Shown in pieces: positions 51,425-61,954 of a stretch of 64,000 nt of DNA. The stretch comes from Verrucomicrobiota bacterium (lineage in GTDB: Bacteria > Verrucomicrobiota > Verrucomicrobiia > Limisphaerales > AAA164-E04). The translations under genes and the position numbers were made by a program. The stretch is from NCBI GenBank assembly GCA_047947115.1, contig CP170459.1, positions 1,056,001-1,120,000 of the forward strand, written 5' to 3'. Below the pieces are notes generated by a model. The model worked only from the letters and a program-made list of their open reading frames with translations. It had not been told where the DNA came from and searched no databases. Every line of letters begins with the position of its first letter. Positions within the stretch are counted from its first letter, which is position 1.

Positions 51425-51486
51425 TTGAGACCGAATCTCAAAAAAGAATTGACGTTGTCTGTGTTTTGATTGAGACTCAGTCTCAT
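51425..51486. promoter_or_regulatory. Two Fur-family-like boxes
   Basis: TTGAGACCGAATCTCAA and the perfect 7-1-7 TGAGACT-C-AGTCTCA, with a TTGACG between them. Confidence 0.7.
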
Positions 51487-51546
51487 TAGCGGGAAGGTTG
51501 ACAGAATCTCCTTTCAAAAAGAATCATCAAAAACAGCTGAAAATTC

Positions 51547-52998
51547 ATGTCGTATCATCGTATCGTATCGATTCGTCTTGTTGCCGTGCTGCTTGCTATC
51601 GGCTCATTAACTCAACTAGCGATCGCTCAGGATTCCGCCAAAAAAAGTTCGGTGGATGACCGGATTGAAAAACTGGAGCAGACCTTGGAAGCTGTCCTGA
51701 CCGAACTTCAGGAGCTGAAATCAGAGCGAAACAAACTGGCTGAAGAAGCAAAGCAACAACGAGAACAGACCGAGGCGCTGGAAGAACAACAACAAGCCAT
51801 GCTGGAAGAAATGGCCGCCCAGGAAGAAGCCCTCGCATCGGCTCCGTCTTCAGGACCGGCCATCACCTTGACGGGAAACAACATTGCCAATCCCATCGCC
51901 CCACCCCAACGTCCCGGCCTCACTCGAAACACTTTACCAGCCGGATTGATGCTGGGCGCATATGGGGAACATCATTTCAATTTCACCGAAGGAGCGGGAG
52001 GGGATCAATCCGATATTCACCGGTTCGTGGGTTTCATGGGGTATCAGTTTGCCGACTGGGTTTTCCTGAACACGGAAACGGAAATTGAACACGCCTTTGT
52101 CAATGATGGTGACGGTGAGATTTCGCTGGAACAATTCTTCTTTGATTTCAGCATTGCCAATCCTGTCAATATCCGTGTCGGACGCACCTTGCATCCAGCT
52201 GGCATCGTCAACCGCTATCATGAACCCACCACCTTCAACGGGACCGAACGCCCAACCTATTCGCAGCGTATCTTGCCTAGCACCTGGTCCATTGACGGTA
52301 TCGGTGTATGGGGACGTGTCACCGACTGGTTGAGCTACGAAAGTTATGTGCATGCGGGACTGGATGGATCAGGGTTCAGTGGTGCTTCCGGTCTTCGTGG
52401 CGGTCGCATGAAAGAACGTCCCAGTTTGAATGACGTCGGCATCAGTTCTCGTATTGATTTTTATCCGCTCATCGCGGCGGAGTCGGATACGGAATGGAAA
52501 TGGCGCAGTGGTTTTTCCTATTCCAACATCGGTGTTGAAAACGGCGATCAGGGTCGAAACGCAGGACGTCCCACTGAAAACGTTGGAATTTGGGCCGCCG
52601 ATACTCAGTTTAGCTGGCGTAAATGGGATTTCAGGACAGAAGCAGCTTATGTGGATAATCCGGCTGCAATGAATCCTATGGTGGGTGCTGGCACTTCGGA
52701 TGAGTTATTCGGTGCTTATGTGGAATTGGGTTACCACTTCTGGCCGGATTCCTGGAAAACCGGCAAACTTGAGAACTCCGATGCCGTGGCGTTTGTTCGC
52801 TATGAATACATCGATCCACAGTCCGGGAAAACATTGGCGGGTCCCGCCAACCGCAATCTGTCCCTGCGTGAAACGACTTTGGGTATCGGATTCTACCCCA
52901 TGCCGCGCGTGGTCCTAAAAGCAGATTATACCTTTGTGGAATCACTGGCGGCCGACCTCGCGGACCGTGTTGCTTTGGGGGTTGGTTACGCCTTTTAG
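51547..52998 (+). CDS. Outer-membrane porin with N-terminal coiled coil
   Basis: Signal peptide, coiled coil, ETEIEHA..GEISLEQ, HEPTTF, C-terminal LGVGYAF. Confidence 0.8.
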   Translation: MSYHRIVSIRLVAVLLAIGSLTQLAIAQDSAKKSSVDDRIEKLEQTLEAVLTELQELKSERNKLAEEAKQQREQTEALEEQQQAMLEEMAAQEEALASAPSSGPAITLTGNNIANPIAPPQRPGLTRNTLPAGLMLGAYGEHHFNFTEGAGGDQSDIHRFVGFMGYQFADWVFLNTETEIEHAFVNDGDGEISLEQFFFDFSIANPVNIRVGRTLHPAGIVNRYHEPTTFNGTERPTYSQRILPSTWSIDGIGVWGRVTDWLSYESYVHAGLDGSGFSGASGLRGGRMKERPSLNDVGISSRIDFYPLIAAESDTEWKWRSGFSYSNIGVENGDQGRNAGRPTENVGIWAADTQFSWRKWDFRTEAAYVDNPAAMNPMVGAGTSDELFGAYVELGYHFWPDSWKTGKLENSDAVAFVRYEYIDPQSGKTLAGPANRNLSLRETTLGIGFYPMPRVVLKADYTFVESLAADLADRVALGVGYAF

Positions 52999-53057
52999 AA
53001 GATCAAGAAACCGCTGGCCAAAGGATGGCTCCTCAACATATCACAACCCATCACGCT

Positions 53058-54581
53058 ATGAATCTCGTCCGTATCATTTCAAAGTCCATCTGGGCACTTG
53101 CGATAGGCAGTCTGTGGCTGAGTCCTCTGGTTGCCGAGGAATACATGACGGAGAATCAGGCGCTGAAACTGGCGTTCCCGAAAGCCGATGAGTTTGATCT
53201 TCACCGCATGATAGCCACCAAGACGCAGCGCGACGATCTCGCGGAGCGTCTTGGAGTTCGTTTACCCAGTCGTTTCTTCAAATACTACCGATGCAAGCAG
53301 GGTGGCAAACTCATCGGACGAGCTATCGTCGATGAAGCCCCCGGCAAATACCATCCCTTCGGATATCTCCTCGCAGTCGATCCCGCCCACAAGGTGCGCT
53401 CCGTGGAAATATTGAACTACCACGAAAAATACGGGTTCGAAGTCAAACAAGATTCCTTCAAGGATCAATTCAAAGGGCACTCCCCCACAGACAGCAAACA
53501 CCTGGAGCGCGACATTCGGATCATCGCCGGCGCAACAATCTCCTGCCAATCATTGATTGAATCCATCAAGCGTCAGTTGATTTATCTCGAAGTCATGACC
53601 GAAGCGAAGGATACAAAGCAATCCGGTTTGATGCCTACACCTTCCGGCAATCTTCCTGGACCAATTCGCGAGACAACATCCGAGGAAAAGATGGTCCACC
53701 GCAACCGGGGCCGTTTGCTGATGGGAACGTTTCTCGAAATCCAAGCCTTTGGTCCATCCGAAGCCAGCATGGACCATGCGATGAACCTGGCGTTCGAGGA
53801 AGTGGCCCGGATCGAACAACTACTCAGCACCTACAGGCCCGACTCGATCATTTCAAAACTCAACCAGCATGGGGCCGAAAAACCGGTTTCATTGAATCGA
53901 GAAGTATTCGACCTTCTGGAACGCAGCAAAGAAATCACATCCCAAACCAAAGGAGCTTTCGATATCACCGTCGGCCCCATTGTCCAATTGTGGCGCCATG
54001 CCAAGGAAGGTATCCCGGATGTAACTGCCATTGAACAATCCACCAAGAATGTCGGCATGCATCACGTACAACTGGACGAGAAAAGCCTGACAGCCTGGTT
54101 CGACACAAAAGGTGTCCAAGTGGATCTGGGTGGCATTGGAAAAGGCTACGCCATGGACCGTGCGGCTGAAATTCTGAAACAGCAAGGCATCCAACGTGCC
54201 ATGCTTTCATTTGGCGGGCACATTCTGGCACTCGATCCACCACCTGGAAAAAGCGGGTGGAACATTTGGATCCGTGACCCGGACCAGGAAGACGCATTCA
54301 TCCATGAAATGGATATCCAGAATGCTTCCGTGGCCACCACGGCAAACGACCAGCGGGGATATTGGATCAACGGCAAACGCTATTCACACATCATCCACCC
54401 CGCTACAGGACTCCCGGTTGAAGGCAAAGCTTCTGTCACCGTCATCACGAAAAAAGCGGAAGAAGGCGACGCCCTATCAACGGCCTTGTTTGCATCGAAA
54501 GAAGGGCACATGGAAAACTTGCATTTCCCAACAGCGCTCTCACTGGGGTCAGGGAGCATCCTCTACAGTCAATTCCATTGA
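53058..54581 (+). CDS. apbE: FMN-binding domain fused to ApbE flavin transferase
   Basis: IAGATIS flavinylation-like motif; MGT, GAFDITVGP, DLGGIGKGYA, YSHIIHPATG, DALSTA. Confidence 0.88.
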   Translation: MNLVRIISKSIWALAIGSLWLSPLVAEEYMTENQALKLAFPKADEFDLHRMIATKTQRDDLAERLGVRLPSRFFKYYRCKQGGKLIGRAIVDEAPGKYHPFGYLLAVDPAHKVRSVEILNYHEKYGFEVKQDSFKDQFKGHSPTDSKHLERDIRIIAGATISCQSLIESIKRQLIYLEVMTEAKDTKQSGLMPTPSGNLPGPIRETTSEEKMVHRNRGRLLMGTFLEIQAFGPSEASMDHAMNLAFEEVARIEQLLSTYRPDSIISKLNQHGAEKPVSLNREVFDLLERSKEITSQTKGAFDITVGPIVQLWRHAKEGIPDVTAIEQSTKNVGMHHVQLDEKSLTAWFDTKGVQVDLGGIGKGYAMDRAAEILKQQGIQRAMLSFGGHILALDPPPGKSGWNIWIRDPDQEDAFIHEMDIQNASVATTANDQRGYWINGKRYSHIIHPATGLPVEGKASVTVITKKAEEGDALSTALFASKEGHMENLHFPTALSLGSGSILYSQFH

Positions 54582-54747
54582 TCACATCCGATCGTAACAA
54601 CCGCCCTCTGGAGTACTCCAGGTATCAAGCGTTGATTGGATCGTTTCTTTGGGATGTTCCCTTGCGTCGTGAGCAGCAGAGGATGAATGCATCAAGGATC
54701 CGCATCGAGATCCACGCAGTTGCGGGACAAGCTGACACATTTTAACT

Positions 54748-55158
54748 CTACTCGGGGCGTACTTCGTCTTCAACGAGAGCTTCGCCGGCGACAATATCTG
54801 CCGCGATGGTCCTTCCGTGGGCGGGACCGGTGACTTTGACTTCTCCGACTTTCTGGTTTTTACGGTAGATGAAGAGTCGCTGGTCAACCTGAGGCATGGG
54901 GTGCAGGGGAAAATCGAGGATGACAAATCGCAACGCCGTGTGAACCGATGCCACCTGGCCGATAGGGGCGTTGACCACCGGGATGATGGTGGTTTTGGAT
55001 TGGTAGGTTTTTCCGGATGCGGATTTGGTGTTGCCCAATGCGCCGTCGTTGCCTGTCCAAACCGGGTCATGTTCCATTCCGGGAGGAGTGGACAAAGCCT
55101 GTTTCTTACAAGCACTCAAACCCATGATGAGTAGGGTAAAAAGGACGAAATAACGCAT
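54748..55158 (-). CDS. Hypothetical lipoprotein
   Basis: Lipobox LSAC; small beta-rich domain. Confidence 0.6.
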   Translation of the reverse strand: MRYFVLFTLLIMGLSACKKQALSTPPGMEHDPVWTGNDGALGNTKSASGKTYQSKTTIIPVVNAPIGQVASVHTALRFVILDFPLHPMPQVDQRLFIYRKNQKVGEVKVTGPAHGRTIAADIVAGEALVEDEVRPE

Positions 55159-55288
55159 GGGAGCAATAAACGCGCGCAACCATCAAAAGTCAAGTCGTGG
55201 TCGAGGTCGTTCATTGCATCGTGCTGGTGTTGTGGTTTAGGATCCCGATGGTTCGTCGGCAGTTGCCATTCGAACTTTCTGATAGAAT

Positions 55289-56104
55289 ATGAAACAAGCC
55301 ATTCCATCCAGAACCATCCCCTGCGCCTTGACCGTGGCAGGTTCCGACAGTGGCGGGGGAGCAGGGATTCAAACGGATCTCAAGACCTTTGCCGTTTTGA
55401 AGGTTCATGGCACGAGTGTGCTGACATGTATTACAGCACAAAACCCGAAGGAGGTGAAAGCGATTCAACCTGTCTCATCCCGTGTGGTTTTTTCGCAGTT
55501 TCAGGCTTTGAACAATGGATTAAAGCCAGTAGCGGTGAAATCGGGCATGTTGTTCTCAAAATCCATCGTGCAATCCGTCCTTCGTGGCCTTGAGCTGTTG
55601 AAGCCACGTTGGTATGTCTTGGATCCGGTGATGATTGCCACCAGTGGTGCTCAGTTGCTCCAGGGCAGCTGCATTGAGGTCATCCAAAATCGATTGATCC
55701 CCATGGCAAGTCTTGTCACGCCCAATATCGCGGAAGCAGAGGTGTTACTGGGACGGACCATTCGGGGTTCCGCTCAAGCTAAAGCATCCGTTCGCCAACT
55801 GGTGGATCGATATGAAGTCCCATTTTTGCTCAAGGGCGGTCATCTCCCCTCGCGCGGGAAGGTGATCGACTATTTTTGTGATGGTCATACATTAAATGCC
55901 ATGGAATCGGCCTACATCAAGGGCAAAGACACGCACGGCACCGGATGCACCTATTCGGCGGCCATCACTGCTCATCTTGCAATGGGTGCTTCACTGGAGT
56001 CGGCGGTTGTTAAAGGAAAGTCCTTCATTGCCGAAGCCATTGAACAATCCTACCGAACTGGTGCTCATCAAGCTCTGAATGTTTGGAAAGGAGCAACTAC
56101 ATGA
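55289..56104 (+). CDS. thiD: Hydroxymethylpyrimidine/phosphomethylpyrimidine kinase
   Basis: AGSDSGGGAGIQTDLKT, KGGH, THGTGCT. Confidence 0.95.
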   Translation: MKQAIPSRTIPCALTVAGSDSGGGAGIQTDLKTFAVLKVHGTSVLTCITAQNPKEVKAIQPVSSRVVFSQFQALNNGLKPVAVKSGMLFSKSIVQSVLRGLELLKPRWYVLDPVMIATSGAQLLQGSCIEVIQNRLIPMASLVTPNIAEAEVLLGRTIRGSAQAKASVRQLVDRYEVPFLLKGGHLPSRGKVIDYFCDGHTLNAMESAYIKGKDTHGTGCTYSAAITAHLAMGASLESAVVKGKSFIAEAIEQSYRTGAHQALNVWKGATT

Positions 56105-57249
56105 GAACCGTTTATCTCGATTATAACGCCACCACACCTCTCGACGAGGGGGTTTGGGAAACCATGGTTCCCCATATGCGGAATCATTATGGCAACCCAT
56201 CCAGCATCCATCGGGTGGGTCGGGATGCCAAAGCGCATCTGGATGATGCGAGGTATGATCTTTCCGAGTTGTGGCAATGCAAACCCAGCGAAATCGTGTT
56301 CACCAGCGGGGGTACGGAAAGCAACAATCTGGCCATCTTTGGAACGGCGCGACTGCTCAAATCGAAGGGTCGACATCTCGTTTGCAGCGCCGTCGAACAT
56401 CATGCCGTGTTGCATTGCTTTGAGTACCTGTCCGAAAAGGAGGGGTTTGATCTTACCATCCTGCCCGTTGACGGCGAAGGTCGAGTCGACCCAAATTCCG
56501 TCAAGGAAGCCATTCAAGAGGATACACAATTGGTTTCGGTGATGGCTGCCAACAATGAAATCGGGACAATTCAGCCCATCGCGGAAATCGGCGCCATCTG
56601 TCGTGAACGCGGCGTGCTTTTTCACACGGATGCCGTGCAATGGTTTGGCAAAGAACCGGTAGAATCCATCCATCAGTTCAATGCGGACCTGGTTTCGGTA
56701 TGTGCCCATAAATTGCACGGTCCCAAAGGTTCGGGTGCGTTGTTCATTCGTTCTCCCCTGTTGCCGGATAAAATCCTTTTTGGAGGTGCTCATGAGAACG
56801 AACGCCGTGCTGGAACGGAAAATCTTGCGGCCATTGTAGGACTGGTCGAAGCCTTGAAACGGTTTTCCAATCCACCGGTTTTTAGTCAGCAAACCATCCG
56901 CGAAGCAAATCAATGCCTGCGGGAATGCCTGCTTACGGTTCCGGAAGTAGACATCCTGACCCCCCAAACGGGCAGTCTTCAAAATACGCTTTCATTTACG
57001 GTTAACGGTTGCGACAGCATCGGTTTGCTGGCAGGATTGGATTTGGAAGGCATTTGTGCTTCGAGTGGTTCGGCCTGCTCAGTGGGGTCTTTGGAACCCT
57101 CCCACGTCGTTCTGGCAATGGGAATTAGCCGCGACAAAGCCAACGCTTTGGTGCGCTTATCGTTAGGTAAAGAGAACACTCAGGAAGATATGATTTACGC
57201 AAATGAGATGATTCCACGTGTGCTCAAGCGGTGCCTGATTGTGAAATGA
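56101..57249 (+). CDS. Cysteine desulfurase (IscS/NifS family)
   Basis: YLDYNATTP, FTSGGTESNN, HKLHGPKG, SSGSAC. Confidence 0.93.
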   Translation: MRTVYLDYNATTPLDEGVWETMVPHMRNHYGNPSSIHRVGRDAKAHLDDARYDLSELWQCKPSEIVFTSGGTESNNLAIFGTARLLKSKGRHLVCSAVEHHAVLHCFEYLSEKEGFDLTILPVDGEGRVDPNSVKEAIQEDTQLVSVMAANNEIGTIQPIAEIGAICRERGVLFHTDAVQWFGKEPVESIHQFNADLVSVCAHKLHGPKGSGALFIRSPLLPDKILFGGAHENERRAGTENLAAIVGLVEALKRFSNPPVFSQQTIREANQCLRECLLTVPEVDILTPQTGSLQNTLSFTVNGCDSIGLLAGLDLEGICASSGSACSVGSLEPSHVVLAMGISRDKANALVRLSLGKENTQEDMIYANEMIPRVLKRCLIVK

Positions 57250-57459
57250 TGGCCCAACAAGCTGTGAATAACTTTGTGAATAGTGTGCGTAGCCTCAACA
57301 AGTGGGGCTAACCCGCTGGATATCAATTTGTTGTTCACATGGCAGATTCGTTGTAAGTCCTTGAGCCAGCCTTGACACCGCCACTTGTTTGGCTTATTCA
57401 CAGGGCTTAATTTTAATACATTTTGTCTCTCTTTGAGAAATAATAGACATCCATAGCGC
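57250..57459. other. Candidate replication origin (oriC)
   Basis: DnaA-box-like 9-mers at 57263, 57275, 57331 and 57394, then GGGC and an AT-rich run; directly upstream of dnaN. Confidence 0.7.
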
Positions 57460-58578
57460 ATGAATATCACCATCGCCAAAGAAGAATTGGTTCGCGGACT
57501 GCAATCTGTGCAGAACGTGGTCAATCCGCGCACCACGCTCCCCGTCCTCTCCAACGTCCTGCTGGTCGCTGAAGAGGGCAAATTGATCCTTACAGCGACC
57601 GATCTGGATGTCACGGTCTCCTGCACCGTCACAGCCGACGTTCAAGAGGAAGGCAAGGTAACTCTTCCCGCCAAAAAAATGGTGGGAATCGTCCGTGAAC
57701 TTTCCACGCCTGAAATTGAACTTCAGGTCGACGAGAAGAATGTGTGCAGCATCCACGCCGGAGCTTCTTTCTTCAAAATCGTTGGTCTGGGAGCCAATGA
57801 GTTCCCTCCCCTGGCCAAGTTTGAGGAGAAAAACAAGGTGTCCATTTCCCAGGAACGGCTCAGAGGCATGCTTAGGAAGACTTCTTATGCAGTTTCCACC
57901 GAGGAATCTCGTTATGTTCTCAACGGTATCTTTTTAAGCATCAAAGAATTCAAGCTGACCATGGTTGCCACGGACGGACGGCGTCTGGCATTGGTGGAAG
58001 AAGAGCTCGAGGAAACACCCGATGTGCAGGTACAGTTCATTGTTCCAACCAAGGCCATCAACGAACTCAATCGCTTGCTGGGGGATGAGGGAACTGTGGA
58101 GGTGCAGTTTCAGGACAATCAGGCATCGTTTTTTCTTTCGGGCGAAGGTGAGAATTCAGCACTGATGATCACAAAGCTCATTGAAGGCAATTATCCGAAC
58201 TACTCGCAGGTCATTCCCAAGAAGTGCAGTGAACGGGTTCCTTTGGTCCGCGAAGAGCTCCTGCAGGCCCTCAGGCGCGCGGAAATCATGACCAGTGACA
58301 AAGCGCACTCCGTCAAATTCGCTTTTACCCAAAACAACCTCCAAATTACTGCGAACACCCCTGATGTGGGCGAGGCCAGGGAAAATATTGCCATCAACTA
58401 TTCCGGCGAGGATATCACCGTGTCCTTCAACCCGCTTTACATGATGGATCCCCTGAAAGTGCTCGAAGACGATGAGGTCTTTCTGGAAATGTCCGACGAG
58501 CTGAGTCCCGGCGTGATCAAGGTCCAGACGCCTTTCATCTACGTCATCATGCCCATGCGGACCAATACCGTTTCTTAA
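57460..58578 (+). CDS. dnaN: DNA polymerase III beta clamp
   Basis: TLPVLSNVLL, ATDLD, SRYVLNGI, ATDGRRL, EGNYPNY, VIMPMR. Confidence 0.97.
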   Translation: MNITIAKEELVRGLQSVQNVVNPRTTLPVLSNVLLVAEEGKLILTATDLDVTVSCTVTADVQEEGKVTLPAKKMVGIVRELSTPEIELQVDEKNVCSIHAGASFFKIVGLGANEFPPLAKFEEKNKVSISQERLRGMLRKTSYAVSTEESRYVLNGIFLSIKEFKLTMVATDGRRLALVEEELEETPDVQVQFIVPTKAINELNRLLGDEGTVEVQFQDNQASFFLSGEGENSALMITKLIEGNYPNYSQVIPKKCSERVPLVREELLQALRRAEIMTSDKAHSVKFAFTQNNLQITANTPDVGEARENIAINYSGEDITVSFNPLYMMDPLKVLEDDEVFLEMSDELSPGVIKVQTPFIYVIMPMRTNTVS

Positions 58579-58656
58579 GGTTCACGATCAAAGTAACTTA
58601 ACCTGACTCATAGCCACCCGGATCTTCGATCCAGTTGGTATCAAAAAGCCATTGCC

Positions 58657-59421
58657 ATGATTGAAACCGTCAAAACCATCGCATCAGAAGCCGGAGAAAA
58701 GATCTTATCCTTTTACGGACAACCGATTCCGGTTGAGAAAAAGTCGGATGACAGCCCTTTGACCAAGGCTGATCTGGCGGCTCATCACGCCATTGTCGCG
58801 GGATTAAAAGACCTCGACAACACCATTCCGGTTTTGTCAGAGGAAGCTAAAGAGATTCCTTTTGAGGAAAGGCGAAGTTGGGATCGGTTTTGGGTGGTGG
58901 ATCCGATGGACGGCACCAAGGAATTCATCAAGCAGACCGGCGAGTTTACCGTCAATATAGCCTTGGTCCAAGGCGGTATATCTTCGCTGGGTGTGGTTTA
59001 CGTTCCGGCAAAGAACCTGTTTTATTGGGCTGAGAAAGGAAAAGGAGCATTCAAACAAGTCAAGGAGGAAGCTTCTCTTGCCATCAAAGTGAGGAAAGCA
59101 GACCCTGAAGCTCTCTCCATTGTGGCCAGTCGGGATCATGCTGGTCCCATGGTTCAGGAACTTCTGGAGCGATACCCCACGGCACAGACCCAGAGCATGG
59201 GCAGTTCCTTGAAATTTTGTTTAGTGGCCGAGGGTAAAGCCGATGTCTATTTGCGAGACGTGCCGACCATGGAATGGGACACAGCAGCGGCTCAATGTAT
59301 TGTGGAAGAATCCGGTGGTGTCGTGAAGGATATCGATGGCAGTGTGCTTCTCTACAACAAAGAGGTGTTGAGAAATCCCTCCATTATCACCTTGGGAGAT
59401 CCGTTGTTTGCGTGGAAATAA
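58657..59421 (+). CDS. cysQ: 3'(2'),5'-bisphosphate nucleotidase
   Basis: SPLTKAD, DPMDGTKEFI, GSSLKFC, EWDTAAAQ. Confidence 0.93.
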   Translation: MIETVKTIASEAGEKILSFYGQPIPVEKKSDDSPLTKADLAAHHAIVAGLKDLDNTIPVLSEEAKEIPFEERRSWDRFWVVDPMDGTKEFIKQTGEFTVNIALVQGGISSLGVVYVPAKNLFYWAEKGKGAFKQVKEEASLAIKVRKADPEALSIVASRDHAGPMVQELLERYPTAQTQSMGSSLKFCLVAEGKADVYLRDVPTMEWDTAAAQCIVEESGGVVKDIDGSVLLYNKEVLRNPSIITLGDPLFAWK

Positions 59422-59674
59422 GGACCGCGGCAAGCGGAAACATCCTTCAACCAGACAAACTTGAACGCACATACGAAAGCCCGTAGTTGATTAACGTCAC
59501 ATTGCGGTGACGGAGCAACCCACCGTTAGCTCGATGGTCGGTCTTTCAATGTCGTGCAGATATGTCCAGATCTTGGGATTCTTCACTCACCGCGGTCAAA
59601 CAGAGGGTATGATGCTCAAAACCTCCCGCTTATTGCACGTATTTTATGGCATAATTCATGCCAAAGCGAAGTAG

Positions 59675-60316
59675 TTGAAAAGGGTATTCTGGAAAACCAA
59701 GGAAAAATCGAGAAACAACCAACGACACATTGCCTGCTTTATGTTCCTACGCATCGTTTTCTTTGAATCATCCCTCTTGTTGGTCGCATGGGTATTGGGT
59801 TGGTTGCTGGGCGTTCCTTTGTTCGACGCTCATACTTGGAATTGGAAAGGGCTTGCTATCGGACTCTCCTCAACCTTACCACTCATCTCCATGTTTTTCT
59901 GGTTGCTCCAATCCCAATGGGAACCTTGCCAAAACATTCGGCGGATCATGGATGTGGTCATACGACCCATGTTTCAGGAGTTTACCATCCTGCAGTTGCT
60001 CATCATCTCTCTTGTTGCAGGCATCAGCGAAGAAATCCTGTTTCGAGGTGTCATTCAAGGTGGAGCTCAAACCTCCATGGGCGCACCGGCCGCCATCGTT
60101 TTATCGGCCGTCCTCTTTGGAGCATGCCATGCCCTTACTCCATTCTACTTTGTTCTGGCAACCTTCATGGGTGTCTACATGAGCGTGGTCTGGATGGCGA
60201 CCGGACAATTATTGGCACCGATCATCACCCATGCTGTTTACGATTTTCTCGTTTTGGTCTGGTATCTCCATTATTCAAATCAAAGAAAGGTGTCTGCTCT
60301 TCGCAAAGATGGGTAA
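59675..60316 (+). CDS. CPBP (CAAX/Abi) intramembrane protease
   Basis: EEILFRG, FGACH, HAVYD. Start uncertain (59675 or 59741). Confidence 0.85.
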   Translation: MKRVFWKTKEKSRNNQRHIACFMFLRIVFFESSLLLVAWVLGWLLGVPLFDAHTWNWKGLAIGLSSTLPLISMFFWLLQSQWEPCQNIRRIMDVVIRPMFQEFTILQLLIISLVAGISEEILFRGVIQGGAQTSMGAPAAIVLSAVLFGACHALTPFYFVLATFMGVYMSVVWMATGQLLAPIITHAVYDFLVLVWYLHYSNQRKVSALRKDG

Positions 60317-60335
60317 ACTCATCCAGACCAAGGGG

Positions 60336-61787
60336 TCATGTTTCGCGAGATACCGATTCCAATTCCGATCTACCGAGCCAGTAACACGCCAATGGCGCAG
60401 GGATTTTCAGGAACCGAGCCTTGGCTGTTTTGTGTTGGACGTCCATCACTTGAAAATCAGGCAGCTCTCGGGTGATCACATAGCCTTTCTCTGTGTTTTG
60501 TTGGGCGCAAAATTCAATCAATCCCTTCAATTCCTGGATACCGGTATGTTTGGGTGTCCGATATTTTACTTCAAAGGGAACCAATCTATCCCCTAGATCA
60601 GCAATGATATCCACCTCCTTGTCCCTTTTACCTCGCCAATAAGAAAACCCGATGCTTCGAGCGTAGTAACGAGTGAAGAGGTGCTTGAAAAACGCTGTCT
60701 CGACCGCTCGACCAAGGGCATTCGAATCTTCCAACATTTCTTTTCCCTTCAACAACACGCCCGGCGCAATGGCAGCATCCGCCAGATAAACTTTTGGAGA
60801 CGCTTTCAACACCTGCTTGCCATATCCAAGTGGTAGTAATCGATGAATCAGATGTGTGTTTTCCAGTAGTTCGATGAAGTTTCCTACTGTAGGTCGTTTT
60901 AGCTGAAGGCTGGAACACAAATCCTGTAAATTGAGCAATCCACCATCATGCAGACAAAGATAGAGGAACACCTGTTCCAACTCCACGACACGACGAACGC
61001 CGAATAACGCCGTCATATCCCGCTTGAGTACTTTATCCACGATGTCCTCACGCAGAAGTTTTTGTGCGAGAGAAATGCTTTCCATCTGAGCCGTCTGCGG
61101 AAAACCGCCTCGCAACAAATATTCGTGGAATAAGCCGACGAGTGGACGGCCCACTTCGCCCCATTTTACAAACTCATTTGCATCCCACGAAAACAGTTCC
61201 AAAAACGAATGGATGGCGGGTAAGGGAGGAATCGGCGTTTTGCGAATTTGCAGGTATTCAAAAAACGACAAAGTTGCCAGTCGAATGGTCTGCCATCGAC
61301 CCACTCCTGATTCCTGTCCCTCTGTGACCAACGGTGTGGCGGATCCGGTTACGGCAATGCGACGACGCTTTACAAAATCAACTTGATGCTTCAACCAAGT
61401 CTGCCAGCCTTTCACCAACTGAATTTCATCGAGAAAAAGATACTCTGGTCCTTCGCGAGCGGGTTCAAACTCCCGCCATAGATCCAACAGGTCATCCAGC
61501 CCGATCTGTTTCAAAAGAGGGTGGTCAAAGGTCACATAAAGGATGTTTGTCGGAGCAACCCCTTGATCTAACAAGACGTCTATTGCCTGGAGGTAAAGTG
61601 TCGTCTTGCCCACCTGCCGTGCTCCGCTCAGAAGGAGAGCACGACCAGCGGGAGGATTCTGCGCCCAAGCCGAAATCTCCCTGAACGCGGCCCTTTTCCA
61701 TGTCGGCATGTCCGGAAAACGACCGCCTCTCCACCAAGGATTAAACTGACGAAGCACCGCAAAAAGCTCTGTTTTTGGAACAACCAC
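60336..61787 (-). CDS. AAA_14 ATPase with DUF4143 domain
   Basis: GARQVGKTT, FLDEIQ, TGS, RGGFP, KVYLAD, EVDII..FEVK. Confidence 0.88.
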   Translation of the reverse strand: MVVPKTELFAVLRQFNPWWRGGRFPDMPTWKRAAFREISAWAQNPPAGRALLLSGARQVGKTTLYLQAIDVLLDQGVAPTNILYVTFDHPLLKQIGLDDLLDLWREFEPAREGPEYLFLDEIQLVKGWQTWLKHQVDFVKRRRIAVTGSATPLVTEGQESGVGRWQTIRLATLSFFEYLQIRKTPIPPLPAIHSFLELFSWDANEFVKWGEVGRPLVGLFHEYLLRGGFPQTAQMESISLAQKLLREDIVDKVLKRDMTALFGVRRVVELEQVFLYLCLHDGGLLNLQDLCSSLQLKRPTVGNFIELLENTHLIHRLLPLGYGKQVLKASPKVYLADAAIAPGVLLKGKEMLEDSNALGRAVETAFFKHLFTRYYARSIGFSYWRGKRDKEVDIIADLGDRLVPFEVKYRTPKHTGIQELKGLIEFCAQQNTEKGYVITRELPDFQVMDVQHKTAKARFLKIPAPLACYWLGRSELESVSRET

Positions 61788-61954
61788 TTAGAAAAACATA
61801 AATAAAATACCATTTAATGCAAGTATACATTACATAAAAGACATCATTTGTGATTTTCTCTTTTCTTTGTTCCAGTTCCGGTTTTGGATGTCAGTCCTGA
61901 CTATTGACGCAATTCAATCTCGCAATTCAGGTGACAGATGGCTAAATAGGTCCC

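Noticed and set aside
55160..55288. TPP riboswitch before thiD
   Set aside because: The conserved CTGAGA and CCTGA core elements were not seen.
56068..56982. Long antisense ORFs (also 644-1465 and 63268-63852)
   Set aside because: They are shadows of well-supported genes on the opposite strand and carry no motifs.
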